Part shown: positions 1 to 9,738 of the stretch, piece after piece
Layout: every line of letters begins with the position of its first letter
How positions within the stretch are numbered: the stretch's first letter is position 1
Assembly (NCBI GenBank): GCA_963739305.1
Contig: CAVTZU010000013.1
Location: 32,001-96,000 of the forward strand
DNA: 64,000 bases
Source of the DNA: Candidatus Bathyarchaeota archaeon
Lineage (GTDB): Archaea > Thermoproteota > Bathyarchaeia > Bathyarchaeales > Bathycorpusculaceae
Direction: 5' to 3'
Made by a program: the position numbers and the translations under genes
Notes under the pieces: model-generated
Told to the model about the DNA's origin: nothing
The model's input: the letters and a program-made list of their open reading frames with translations, nothing else
Databases searched by the model: none

Positions 1-47
1 ACTCTTATTTGCATGTCCACTTGCTTACCATAGGTGTGTGAAAATCC

Positions 48-1329
48 ATGACCAAAGTAGTCGTTGTCGGAGGGCGGATGGTCCGGGTTCGGAGCTTCTA
101 TTGCAGCAGCCAAAGCAGGCGCTAAAGTTACGTTACTAGAAAGAAGCGACATGCTCCTCGGGACAGGACTTGTGGGAGGTATCTTCAGAAACAATGGGCG
201 CTTCACTGCAGCGGAAGAAGCGCTTGCAATGGGTGGCGGCGAACCTATCGAACTAATGGATTCGCTCGCAAAACACAAGAATATCAAGTTCCCTGGACAC
301 GAACACGCTAGTCTCTATGACGTACTTAATATCGAGCCTGAAGCGCGAAAATGCTTAGAACACGCAGGAATACAACTACGGTTTCAGACGAGAGCTTCAG
401 ACGTGAAAATGAATGGAAAAAAAGTCGCGGCAATTGTCACAGACGAGAAAGCCGAAGTTGACGGAGATGTTTTTGTCGATTGCACTGGAACGGCTGGCGT
501 TCCAGGATACTGCATGAAGTACGGTTATGGGTGTGCCATGTGCATCCTCAGGTGTCACACGTTTAAACAGAGAATTAGCTTGACTGAGAAAGCAGGAGTC
601 AAAGAGTGGATCGGGAAAAAAGCTGATGGAACATATGGAGCGATCAGCGGAGCATGCAAGCTCGTCAAAGATTCACTTTCACCCGCGATTCGAAACGAGT
701 TGAACACGAAGGGCGTCGTGGTGGTGCCTCTACCTGAAGAACTCATCAAACAAGACAAGCTCAAGAAGAAAGCCTGTGTACAGTACGCTTTGAAGGAGTT
801 TGCAGAGAACATAGTTTTGCTCGACACTGGGCCGGCTAAGCTGATGACACCATTCTTCCCTCTTGACGATCTTAGAAGGGTACCCGGGTTTGAGCATGCT
901 AGATACGAAGACCCCCTTTCAGGGGGTGTCGGTAACTCGATCAGGTTTATGGCAATCGCTCCAAAAGATAACAAATTGAAGGTTCAAGGAGTTGACAACC
1001 TGTTCTGCGGCGGCGAAAAAGCAGGACCGCACGTTGGACACACGGAAGCTGCAGTAACGGGGCTATTGGCTGGACACAATGCAGCGCGGTATGCAACGGG
1101 CATGGAAGGCGTGGAAATACCTTCGACGACGACCATAGGAGACTTCATATCCTACGTAAACAAGGAAACACAAACTGAGGAAGGTCAAAAACAACGCTAC
1201 ACGTTCTCGGGCGGGGTCTACTTCGAGAGAATGAAAAAGTTAGGGCTTTACTCAACTAATGTCTCTGAGATAAGAGAACGCGTGAAGAATGCTGGAATGA
1301 CAGGAATTTTCTCGAAGAAACTGAAGTAG
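48..1329 (+). CDS. FAD-dependent oxidoreductase, GidA/MnmG-like short family (1-nt frameshift near nt 72-74)
   Basis: ATG at 48 gives MTKVVVVGG; removing one G from the GGG run joins it to GWSG...AAAKAGAKVTLLER (Rossmann GxGxxG). C-terminal NLFCGGEKAG..GHTEA..TG.LAG.NA is GidA-like. Confidence 0.75.
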
Positions 1330-1354
1330 ACTGTTCTCGAAAAATGAGACTGGG

Positions 1355-2257
1355 TTACTGAAGGCCCAGTTCCTTCCATTTCTTGTCTATGAGTTCCTGA
1401 ATTTGAGCAATCTCTGGTTCTGTGATGTGTTTGAATCGTCTCTGTATCAGCAAGTAGTCTTTGACGGGCTTTTTTTGAGATACCTTCTGAGTTACCGCTA
1501 GCTTACCGTTCTCTATTTCGTAAAGAACCCATGCCCCAGTCTGAACTGCAAGTCGTGCAATCTCGATCGTCTTGGCTTCGGGAAATCCCCATCCAGTTGC
1601 GCAGGGGCAGTGTATATGAATATACCTTGGTCCATGTATGCTCGCTGCTTTCTTGACTTTCTTAGTGAGGTCCGCAGGGTAAGCTATTGAAGCCGTGGCG
1701 ATGTAGGGTATGCCGTGTGCGGCCATTATTGCAGGCATGTCCTTTCTCAATTTTCCCTGAATGTGCTGTTCGCCGCGCTTCTTCTCACCGACCGGCGTCG
1801 TGGTGGTCGAAGCAAAAGGCATTGTGGTTCCGCTTCTCTGGTTTCCTGTGTTCATGTAAGCTTCATTATCGTAGCAGATGTAGATGAAGTCATGTCCGCG
1901 TTCAGCCGCTCCCGAGAGAGTCTGGATGCCGATGTCCGCTGTACCGCCGTCACCGCCAATTGCAACAAGCGTCACTCCGTCTCTCTTTCCTAGTGCTCTC
2001 AATCCGGCGTCCATTCCTGAAACGACAGCTCCACCAGTTTCAAAGGCCGTGTGCAAAGATGGGCACGTGAGCGGATATTCCCCCTTGGGGAAAACGCCTC
2101 CTCCCATTATTGACACTTCCATGCAGCTGGTTGCTATATGAACAATGATGTCCCTTCCAAGTGCGTTCAACGCGTGCTTCACCGCCAGAATTGCACCGCA
2201 TCCGGGACATGCTCTGTGTCCCGAAACTAATACTTTGTCTTTGTAAGTGGATTCCAA
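1355..2257 (-). CDS. porB: 2-oxoacid (pyruvate):ferredoxin oxidoreductase beta subunit
   Basis: GHRACPGCG, TPP-binding GGDGG...YDNEAYMNTG.QRS, HCPCATGW. Confidence 0.93.
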   Translation of the reverse strand: MESTYKDKVLVSGHRACPGCGAILAVKHALNALGRDIIVHIATSCMEVSIMGGGVFPKGEYPLTCPSLHTAFETGGAVVSGMDAGLRALGKRDGVTLVAIGGDGGTADIGIQTLSGAAERGHDFIYICYDNEAYMNTGNQRSGTTMPFASTTTTPVGEKKRGEQHIQGKLRKDMPAIMAAHGIPYIATASIAYPADLTKKVKKAASIHGPRYIHIHCPCATGWGFPEAKTIEIARLAVQTGAWVLYEIENGKLAVTQKVSQKKPVKDYLLIQRRFKHITEPEIAQIQELIDKKWKELGLQ

Positions 2258-2260
2258 GAT

Positions 2261-3466
2261 TTAACCTCCAACCAGATTTGTGTTCAATCCGACCCAATCA
2301 ACTTCTCTTTCTATTTTTCCCGTTTCCGCGGCTTTGATGGCTTTTTCGAAGACTGTCGTGAGACCCTTCTTGTCTACGTCTCTGCCTCCCATGCCTGCGA
2401 TGAAATTGAGCAGGACGGGTCTCTCCGATGCATTTGACATCGTAGAGGCCAGGTCTGAGAAAACTGGGGCGCCCAAGCCGTATGAAATGGATCTGCTCAC
2501 AACTGCAACTGCTTTTGAACCGCACGCAGCTTTGAGCACTTCTTCTTTGGGAAACGGTCTGTAAGATCTTAGTTTAAGGACGCCTACGCGCCAGCCTTTT
2601 TCGCTTCTCAACTTGTCCGCAACGTCTTTGGCTGTGCCGACTAATGTGCCCATTCCTACCAATATCGCGTCTGCGTCTTCACACTTGTACGCTTCCACTA
2701 AACCATACTTTCTGCCGAAGGCTTCGCCGAATTCTTCGTCGATTTTTCTCAACGCTTCTCTTCCTTTTTCTTGTGCCTCATATTTCTTGTAGTCAAACTC
2801 CATGGTGAAAGCGGGTGGGCAGCCTCCGCCTGCCGCCAACGGTTTTTTCACATCCAGCAGCGTATGATAATCGGCGTCAGGTTTGTACGATGGCAAAAAG
2901 TCACAGATTTCTTTTTCCTGAGGAATTTCAACAGGTTCAGAAGTGTGGGAAAGAATGAATCCGTCCAAACACACCATAGTGGGGAGCAGAACCTCTCTTG
3001 TCTCAGCGAGTTTAAAGGCTTGAATGACTGTGTCAAAAGCCTCTTGACAGCTTTCAACGTATATTTGCATCCAACCCGAGTCCCTTTCGCCCATCGCGTC
3101 ACTGTGATCGCACCACATGCCCAATGGCTGTGAAAGTTGACGGTTCGTTACTGCCATGACTATTGGAAGTCTCAGTCCTGCAGCAACGTAGTTTAATTCA
3201 TGCATTAGCGCTAGTCCCTGTGAGCAAGTTGCAGTAAAAACTCGGGCGCCTACAGATGACGCTCCAATACACGCGCTCATAGCGCCGAATTCGCTCTCTG
3301 CCTGAATAAATTCCGCGTTAAGTTCTCCGCGGGCTATGAATTCTGAAAGGTATTCCACAATAGAGGTCTGAGGCGTTATCGGGTATGCACTTACAACGTT
3401 GACTTTTGAAAGTTTGACTGCTTCGGCTATTGCTCGGTTTCCAGACATTAACCTTCGAGTGGTCAT
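2261..3466 (-). CDS. porA: 2-oxoacid (pyruvate):ferredoxin oxidoreductase alpha subunit
   Basis: AYPITPQT, ESEFGAMSAC.GAS..GAR.FTATCSQGL.LMHE, GMGGRD. Confidence 0.93.
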   Translation of the reverse strand: MTTRRLMSGNRAIAEAVKLSKVNVVSAYPITPQTSIVEYLSEFIARGELNAEFIQAESEFGAMSACIGASSVGARVFTATCSQGLALMHELNYVAAGLRLPIVMAVTNRQLSQPLGMWCDHSDAMGERDSGWMQIYVESCQEAFDTVIQAFKLAETREVLLPTMVCLDGFILSHTSEPVEIPQEKEICDFLPSYKPDADYHTLLDVKKPLAAGGGCPPAFTMEFDYKKYEAQEKGREALRKIDEEFGEAFGRKYGLVEAYKCEDADAILVGMGTLVGTAKDVADKLRSEKGWRVGVLKLRSYRPFPKEEVLKAACGSKAVAVVSRSISYGLGAPVFSDLASTMSNASERPVLLNFIAGMGGRDVDKKGLTTVFEKAIKAAETGKIEREVDWVGLNTNLVGG

Positions 3467-3756
3467 TTTTCCGACACCTCAATAATCATTCGTAAGGCTT
3501 TGACTGGGCACTCGTTTTCACATATTCCGCAGCCTTTGCAGTAGTCGTAATTTATTTCAATCATACCTTTTTCGTTTTTCACGATGGCATCATCGGGACA
3601 ATGGAGCACGCATATGCCGCATTTTGTGCATTTTTTCTCGTCCAATACGGGTCTAACACTTCTCCACTGACCACATTTGAAGGCCAAAGAGCCTGCTGGA
3701 TTTCGAATGTTCGGTGTTATGGGAAAGTTTTCTTTTGTCCAGTATGGTTTAGACAT
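3463..3756 (-). CDS. porD: 2-oxoacid:ferredoxin oxidoreductase delta subunit (2x[4Fe-4S])
   Basis: G.WR..RP, CTKCGICVLHCP and YDYCKGCGICENECP; overlaps the porA start. Confidence 0.92.
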   Translation of the reverse strand: MSKPYWTKENFPITPNIRNPAGSLAFKCGQWRSVRPVLDEKKCTKCGICVLHCPDDAIVKNEKGMIEINYDYCKGCGICENECPVKALRMIIEVSEK

Positions 3757-3758
3757 TC

Positions 3759-4316
3759 CTACTCGCTCCTCTTTTTCACGGCGTTGTAGGCTTCTTCCAT
3801 CGCCTTGTTATTCTTTTCAGCGACGACTTTGGAAAAACGGTTCTCCACTGCTTCAAACAGAGATTTTAGTTTCACCTCGCCTGTTGCAGCGGAAAAGGCG
3901 CCCAAAATTACTGTGTTCAGTATGGGGCTTCCGATAACGTTCATCGCTATCGACGTTGCGTCTATTGGATATATCTTGCCTTGATTGACGATTTTCTCTT
4001 CTCTCACTCTTTCGACACTCAAAGGCGTGTTTATGATGACGGACCCATCAGGCTTGAGACCCGCAGTTAGGTTTTGGGTCTTGCTTATAGTAGAATCTAG
4101 AACTATGACGTAGTCTGGTTCGTAGATTTGACATCTGACTCGAATTGGTTTGTCGTCAATTCTCGTGAATGCCATGACAGGTGCGCCCCTTCTTTCAGGT
4201 CCAAACGTTGGGAATGATTGAGAGTACTTTCCGTCTCTCATTGCAGCATCTGCCAAAATGTCTGCGCCTGCGACTGCGCCTTGCCCTCCACGTCCATGGA
4301 ATATTATCTCTTTCAT
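3759..4316 (-). CDS. porG: 2-oxoacid:ferredoxin oxidoreductase gamma subunit
   Basis: MKEIIFHGRGGQGAV, FP.FGPERRGAPV; start placed at ATG 4316 after an AGGAG. Confidence 0.92.
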   Translation of the reverse strand: MKEIIFHGRGGQGAVAGADILADAAMRDGKYSQSFPTFGPERRGAPVMAFTRIDDKPIRVRCQIYEPDYVIVLDSTISKTQNLTAGLKPDGSVIINTPLSVERVREEKIVNQGKIYPIDATSIAMNVIGSPILNTVILGAFSAATGEVKLKSLFEAVENRFSKVVAEKNNKAMEEAYNAVKKRSE

Positions 4317-4428
4317 AGGGGCACTCCTCACTGTTTTTAGCTCATGTTTCGTATCTTTTAAATCCTTCCGAGTGGGCACTCAATTCGAAACGTTGAAAAT
4401 AGCGCGATGTTGTCTGAATCTTCTATTT

Positions 4429-5643
4429 CTAGAGTTTGGCAACAGCCTTGCTGATGTTGGCAAGTCCTTGTTTGATGTTTTCGACAGATGTTGCGTATGA
4501 CATTCGCAGGTATCCTTCGCCGCTTGTACCAAACGCTGCTCCAGGGGTTGTGACGACTTTTGCCTCGTTGAGCAGGTACTCTGCCAGTTCCTGCGATGTT
4601 TTTCCAAGTTTTCTTATGTTCACGAAGGCATAGAATGCTCCCTTGGACTTGGCTACGGAAAATCCCTTCACTTTGCCTAATCCTTCAAAGATCACTTCTC
4701 TTCTTCGTGCAAATTCCTTCGCCATCTTCTCTATGGACTCTTGGGGTCCTTTCAATGCTTCAACGGCTCCTCTCTGGGCAAAGGTCGTGGCAGAAGCTAC
4801 GGCGCTCTGTTGCAGCTTGACGCACTGAGAAATGATTTCTTTGCTGGCTACGAGATAGCCGATGCGCCATCCAGTCATAGCATAGGCTTTTGAAAAGCCA
4901 TTGAGCGTAATTATTCGGTCTGGCTCTTTTGACAATGCGCCAACGCTGTAGTGTTTTTCGTTGTCGTAAATTATCTTTTCGTATATTTCATCTGCGAGTA
5001 TCAAGAAATCATGTTTCACTGCCAACCCATCGATTGCCAGAAGATCATCTTTGGTCATCACCGAACCTGTTGGATTACACGGTGAATTTACCACTACCAT
5101 CTTGCTTCTTGAGGTCAAGTTTCTCTCTAAATCCTCAGGTGTAAGCTTGAAATCGTTTTCCTCTCTCAAGGGTACGGAGACTGGTGTTCCGCCTGCCATT
5201 TGAACGCAATTCCTGTAAGTATAGTAGCCAGGCTCGGGGATGAGAACTTCATCTCCTGGCTCAATCGTGCACATTATGGCAAGGAAGGCTGCCTCCTGCG
5301 ATCCAACGGTGACGCATATCTGCGAGACCGGATCCACGTCGATGTTGTTCTCTTTCTTCAGTTTTCCAGCAATTGCTTGTCTAAGTTCAATGAGACCAGC
5401 GTTTGTGGTGTAGTGCGTGGCTCCTTCATCAAGAGCCTTTTTTGCGGCTTCTTTTATGTTAACGGGGGTATCAAAGTCAGGCTCGCCAAGCTCAAAGTGG
5501 ATCAGTTTTTCTCCTTTGGCCTCTAGTGCTCTGGCTTTCTCAAACATTATTCTGCCAAGAAATGGCTGGACTGCTTGGATTCTGTCAGCAATTATCTTTT
5601 TCAATTTTGATTCCCTCACCCGAACATTGTGTTCTTTCAGCAA
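4429..5643 (-). CDS. PLP-dependent class I/II (aspartate-type) aminotransferase
   Basis: GEPDF, NSPCNPTG, DEIY, GFSKAYAMTGWRIG with PLP lysine; true start may be the TTG near 5604. Confidence 0.93.
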   Translation of the reverse strand: MLKEHNVRVRESKLKKIIADRIQAVQPFLGRIMFEKARALEAKGEKLIHFELGEPDFDTPVNIKEAAKKALDEGATHYTTNAGLIELRQAIAGKLKKENNIDVDPVSQICVTVGSQEAAFLAIMCTIEPGDEVLIPEPGYYTYRNCVQMAGGTPVSVPLREENDFKLTPEDLERNLTSRSKMVVVNSPCNPTGSVMTKDDLLAIDGLAVKHDFLILADEIYEKIIYDNEKHYSVGALSKEPDRIITLNGFSKAYAMTGWRIGYLVASKEIISQCVKLQQSAVASATTFAQRGAVEALKGPQESIEKMAKEFARRREVIFEGLGKVKGFSVAKSKGAFYAFVNIRKLGKTSQELAEYLLNEAKVVTTPGAAFGTSGEGYLRMSYATSVENIKQGLANISKAVAKL

Positions 5644-5732
5644 GAAACAGTTTTAAGCGTTGCTCAAGAGGCTTTCGTGATCTACGCTACGTTTGGGAAA
5701 ATCTCGAACGGCAACGATTCAGCCGTTGACTG

Positions 5733-6701
5733 CTAATGCTTCGCGCGAGAAAGTTCCTTGTTCACTAAATACTTGGGCTCTTCCCTTCTGAGTATTCTCG
5801 CTGCTTCTTCTGCTACGGTGAGTTGAATTCTTTCAGTAGATTCTACTGACAACCCAGCCATGTGTGAAGAAGCTACAACGCTGTCAAATTTCAGCAGGGG
5901 ATTGTCCACCGTGGGCGGTTCCTTTTCAAACACGTCGAGACCAGCTCCCGCTATTCTCTTTTCCTGCAATGCCTTTATCAATGCGCGTTCGTCAACGATT
6001 GGTCCACGTGCGACGTTAATGAGGTATGCCGTCGGTTTCATCATTCCTATTTCCTTTTCGGAAATCAAGCCTTTTGTTTCATCAGTCAACAGGCAGCAGA
6101 CGACGACAAAATCTGACCGACGCAGAACGTCGTCAAGTTTGACAGGTTCACCCCCGATCTCCACAACTCTTTCGTTTGGGACATATGGATCGAAAACCAA
6201 CAATTTCATTCCGAATCCTTTTCCAATCGTGGCGAGGTAAGTCCCTACCCGTCCAAGCCCGACCAAACCAAGGGTCTTGCCCCAAAGTTCTTTTCCAATA
6301 AGTTCCCAACGCACCCATTTTCCAGCCTTCAGACTCGCATTCAACTGCGGAATTCTCCTCCCCAAACTCAGCATCAAACCAAAGGCAAACTCTGCAACAG
6401 TCACCGCATTCACGCCTGGCGTGTTGACCACATAAACTCCTTTTTCAGTCGCAGCTGCGACATCGATGTGATCAAAACCGACCCCATAAGCAATCACGCC
6501 CTTCAACTTCTTACCCGCAGAAATCACGTTCCTAGTTATCAAACGAGAGCCAGTTATCACAATCTCAGCGTCTTCGATCTCTTTTATCAGCTGAGATTCC
6601 TTGTCCCCTTCTGCCCACACGACCTGTCCTGCGTCGTTTAAGATTTTCATGGATACGTCTGACATGGGTCTTCGATCTGCGAAAAGTATCTTCGATTTCA
6701 T
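5733..6701 (-). CDS. D-isomer specific 2-hydroxyacid dehydrogenase (SerA-like, no ACT domain)
   Basis: GVGFDHID, GLVGLGRVG, INVARG, AGLDVFEKEP, SSHMAG. Confidence 0.9.
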   Translation of the reverse strand: MKSKILFADRRPMSDVSMKILNDAGQVVWAEGDKESQLIKEIEDAEIVITGSRLITRNVISAGKKLKGVIAYGVGFDHIDVAAATEKGVYVVNTPGVNAVTVAEFAFGLMLSLGRRIPQLNASLKAGKWVRWELIGKELWGKTLGLVGLGRVGTYLATIGKGFGMKLLVFDPYVPNERVVEIGGEPVKLDDVLRRSDFVVVCCLLTDETKGLISEKEIGMMKPTAYLINVARGPIVDERALIKALQEKRIAGAGLDVFEKEPPTVDNPLLKFDSVVASSHMAGLSVESTERIQLTVAEEAARILRREEPKYLVNKELSRAKH

Positions 6702-6842
6702 AGCATTATCCTCCGCGCCTTACGGTACTAGCAGGTACAACTTTTATTAGCCTTTCGTCAACTCAGGCACAATGTCGTAACTGAGGAATTGCCAGAATCT
6801 ATTTCCATTGTTCAGCGCTTTCTGGAAGTGTCAAATAGCCGC

Positions 6843-7283
6843 TCATTTTTTGCTGTAAAGTCCCACAATTTTTCCTTCTGCGATTATGTTGGCTTTTATC
6901 GCTGTCTCAAGTCCAGTTCTTCTCAGATCTTTGTTGAGGTCGAGTTGTTTATCTAATGCAAAGATTTTGAAGATGTACCGGTGGGTGCCGTAGGGAGGGC
7001 AAGGTCCTCCGTAGCCGTGTTTTCCGAAGTCGTTGAGACCCGCAATTCCAGATGACGTGTTTTCTTCTATTTTCTTTGTTGGCGCCAAGTTCCAGACAAC
7101 CCAGTGACCAAAGGTCCCATAGGGTGCATCTGGGTCTTCGACTATTATCGCAAGGCTCTTTGTCTCGGGCGGTATTCCATCGATGGTTAACGGAGGGTTC
7201 ATGTTTTCACCATCGCAAGCGTATTTTTTCGGGATAGGCTTGTTGTTCTCAAAGGCGGTGCTCTTTACTATCAGTTGTTTCAC
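6843..7283 (-). CDS. YbhB/YbcL family (PEBP / Raf kinase inhibitor-like) protein
   Basis: EDPDAP..TF.HWVVWN, YGGPCPP.GTHRY. Confidence 0.93.
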   Translation of the reverse strand: MKQLIVKSTAFENNKPIPKKYACDGENMNPPLTIDGIPPETKSLAIIVEDPDAPYGTFGHWVVWNLAPTKKIEENTSSGIAGLNDFGKHGYGGPCPPYGTHRYIFKIFALDKQLDLNKDLRRTGLETAIKANIIAEGKIVGLYSKK

Positions 7284-7527
7284 GTATTTCGCCCCTTGAC
7301 ATCAAAGTAGGACAGCTATTACCGTATAAGACTTGTCAAATGGGCTTTACAGTCATAATGATTAGAAGACATTGGTCAATTCTGCGCAAGAATCCAAGTG
7401 TAGAAGACGCTCGTGGCGATTAAATGCTTCTCTTAGCGATTTGATGCAATCTTCTAATACAACTTGATGCTCTTTCTCAATGTGACTTCTATGTGGCGTT
7501 CGGGATCCAGATTTGGGGTTAGCATTG

Positions 7528-8901
7528 ATGAAGAAAACGAAGATAATCTGTACGGTTGGCCCAGCTAGTACTTCTCGAACCGTTCTCAGAAGAATGTATC
7601 GCGCCGGGATGAATGGTGCTCGAGTAAACACCGCATATGGGGCACTGGATCAGTACAAACTCATCGTTAGAAATCTTCGAGAAGTGGCGGACGTTCCGAT
7701 AATTGTCGACGTAAAAGGACCTGAAATAAGAATCAAGACAACTCGGAGAAGAAGTGTCAATCGAGGAGACATTCTTGAGGTGGGCAAAACCAAGAAAATA
7801 AGGTTCAGCAATGACGTCTACGGGGACTTGTGCGAGGGCGACATTGTTCTCATTGATAATGGCAAGTTGAGAACAAAGATAGTGGAGATACGAAATCACG
7901 TCATTAAACTGCTCGCTACCACGAGCGGCGAAATAGACGATGGAAACGGCGTGAACATCCCACATAGGAAACTCTTGAATCCCACGTTGTCAGTTAGGGA
8001 TCGGAAAATGGTGGATTTTGCAACCGAATGCAATGCCGAATTCCTAGCGCTCTCGTTCGTCAGAAACGCTCAAGATGTGAACGTCTTGAAGAAGGAGGCT
8101 GTCGGTTTCAAGGGCGCAGTGATAGCAAAGATCGAAAATTCTGAGGGTGTTGACAAATTCGATGAGATTTTGAATGTTGCGGAGGGAATTATGGTTGCAA
8201 GAGGCGATTTAGGCGTCGAAATAGAACCTGAGAAGGTCCCCAATGTCCAGAAATCAATAATCAGAAAATGCAATCAGAAAGGGAAGATCGTTGTGACGGC
8301 AACAGAAATGCTGGAATCTATGACCTATCAGCCTAATCCGACTAGAGCTGAAGTCAGCGACGTTGCCAACGCAATATTGGATGGAACGGAAGCAACGATG
8401 CTTTCAGGGGAGACGGCAGTGGGACGATATCCAGTGGAGTCTGTCTCAATGATGTCCAGAATAGCGACCGAGGCCGAAAAAGTAGTGCAGAATCACGTTG
8501 AAGACGAAGGCTTCATCAACATCTCAGACACGATGAGCAGGGCAGTTCAGAGGATATGTGCAGAAATGCCAGTAAAAAAAGTTGTCACTTTAACAAGGTC
8601 AGGCTACACAGCTCGAATGATCTCACGATTCAAGATCCCTCAGCCGATTGTCGCTGTTACACCCGACAAATGTGTCAAGAAACAGCTTGAGTTGTCATAT
8701 GGAGTCTACCCTGTTCTCATTGACTACCTCAAAGAAAAAGACCGTATTCTCGCCACAGCAACCAGGCTTCACTCAATGAGCATCATCCGCGACCGAGACA
8801 CAGTTGTTTTCATGGCGGCATTCAGGACATCCCAACAACATTCAAGCAATCTGATAGAGATACACAACATCAAAGAACTCATCCGATTAACCGAGAAATA
8901 G
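7528..8901 (+). CDS. pyk: Pyruvate kinase
   Basis: KTKIICTVGPAS, DVKGPEIR, IAKIEN, IMVARGDLGVE, ATEMLESM...PTRAEVSDVANAILDG. Confidence 0.96.
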   Translation: MKKTKIICTVGPASTSRTVLRRMYRAGMNGARVNTAYGALDQYKLIVRNLREVADVPIIVDVKGPEIRIKTTRRRSVNRGDILEVGKTKKIRFSNDVYGDLCEGDIVLIDNGKLRTKIVEIRNHVIKLLATTSGEIDDGNGVNIPHRKLLNPTLSVRDRKMVDFATECNAEFLALSFVRNAQDVNVLKKEAVGFKGAVIAKIENSEGVDKFDEILNVAEGIMVARGDLGVEIEPEKVPNVQKSIIRKCNQKGKIVVTATEMLESMTYQPNPTRAEVSDVANAILDGTEATMLSGETAVGRYPVESVSMMSRIATEAEKVVQNHVEDEGFINISDTMSRAVQRICAEMPVKKVVTLTRSGYTARMISRFKIPQPIVAVTPDKCVKKQLELSYGVYPVLIDYLKEKDRILATATRLHSMSIIRDRDTVVFMAAFRTSQQHSSNLIEIHNIKELIRLTEK

Positions 8902-9182
8902 CGGCAACTATCTTCAGTACTGTGTTTGAAACCTAGTGGAGGGGCATGTCGTTTCTGAATTGAAAACTCCAAAGCTATGTTGAGCAAGCCCCCCATTTGT
9001 GGGCTTGAAATGCGGTCTTCAAAATTGAGAATTGGTAGCCCGGAGTTACCGTTACAAGTGCTGGAGAATACCTTGATTGAATACTTGAAACCTCACAACC
9101 CAACAAGAATCAGCGTGCGGTTTTGTGACCAACCATAAATTTAAATAAAAAAACGCGACAATTGTAATTTGAGGCCAAAATA

Positions 9183-9230
9183 GTGCCCAAAGCCGCAAAA
9201 GGAAAGAAGAAAAAGCCCGTAAAGAAGTGA
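9183..9230 (+). CDS. Candidate 15-aa Lys-rich micropeptide (MPKAAKGKKKKPVKK)
   Basis: GTG start after GAGG; TATA-like TTTAAATA at 9140-9147; T-tract near 9271-9280. Confidence 0.4.
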   Translation: MPKAAKGKKKKPVKK

Positions 9231-9381
9231 GAACGGAAAATCACTTACAAACGCACAGATCCACCTCACTTTCTTTTTTTATGAATAAACGCGACTTCAA
9301 TAGAATCCGCGTACAGTTTTGTTACTAACTATCAAGAATCACGGCAAAGAAAAGAGGGGAAGTATTCTCTAACATATGGAA

Positions 9382-9457
9382 TGGTAGCCCGGGAGAGATT
9401 CGAACTCTCGTCAGCGGCTCCAGAGGCCGCCATGTTTGACCACTGCACCACCGGGCT
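9382..9457 (-). tRNA. tRNA-Gln(CTG)
   Basis: Cloverleaf AGCCCGG/CCGGGCT, anticodon arm GCGGC-CTCTGGA-GCCGC, TTCGAAT loop, encoded CCA. Confidence 0.95.
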
Positions 9458-9528
9458 CCATCAAAAAGAGTAGAAGCTTCAGCATGAAATAAAAACCTTA
9501 GCACCCACGAAGAAAAAACCGTTATCGA

Positions 9529-9732
9529 CTATTTCTGTTTCTTCAAGGTCTCCTCAATGCAATGGCACTCTTGAGCGCTTGGATACCAATCATCACAGCA
9601 CCACAACGTCGAAACCACCGCATTCTCGTTCTTCAAAAACCTCCGCGTACAAAATACCTGATCAGGAAAATCATAGGCGTTGTGACTGGTGCAGTTCCCG
9701 CAAAACATGTGTTTGCTCGGCTTCTTCTTCAT
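9529..9732 (-). CDS. Small Cys-rich (putative metal-binding) protein
   Basis: CGNC..C..CC..W..CHC pattern; starts 7 nt after the dys stop. Confidence 0.6.
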   Translation of the reverse strand: MKKKPSKHMFCGNCTSHNAYDFPDQVFCTRRFLKNENAVVSTLWCCDDWYPSAQECHCIEETLKKQK

Positions 9733-9738
9733 TGCCCA

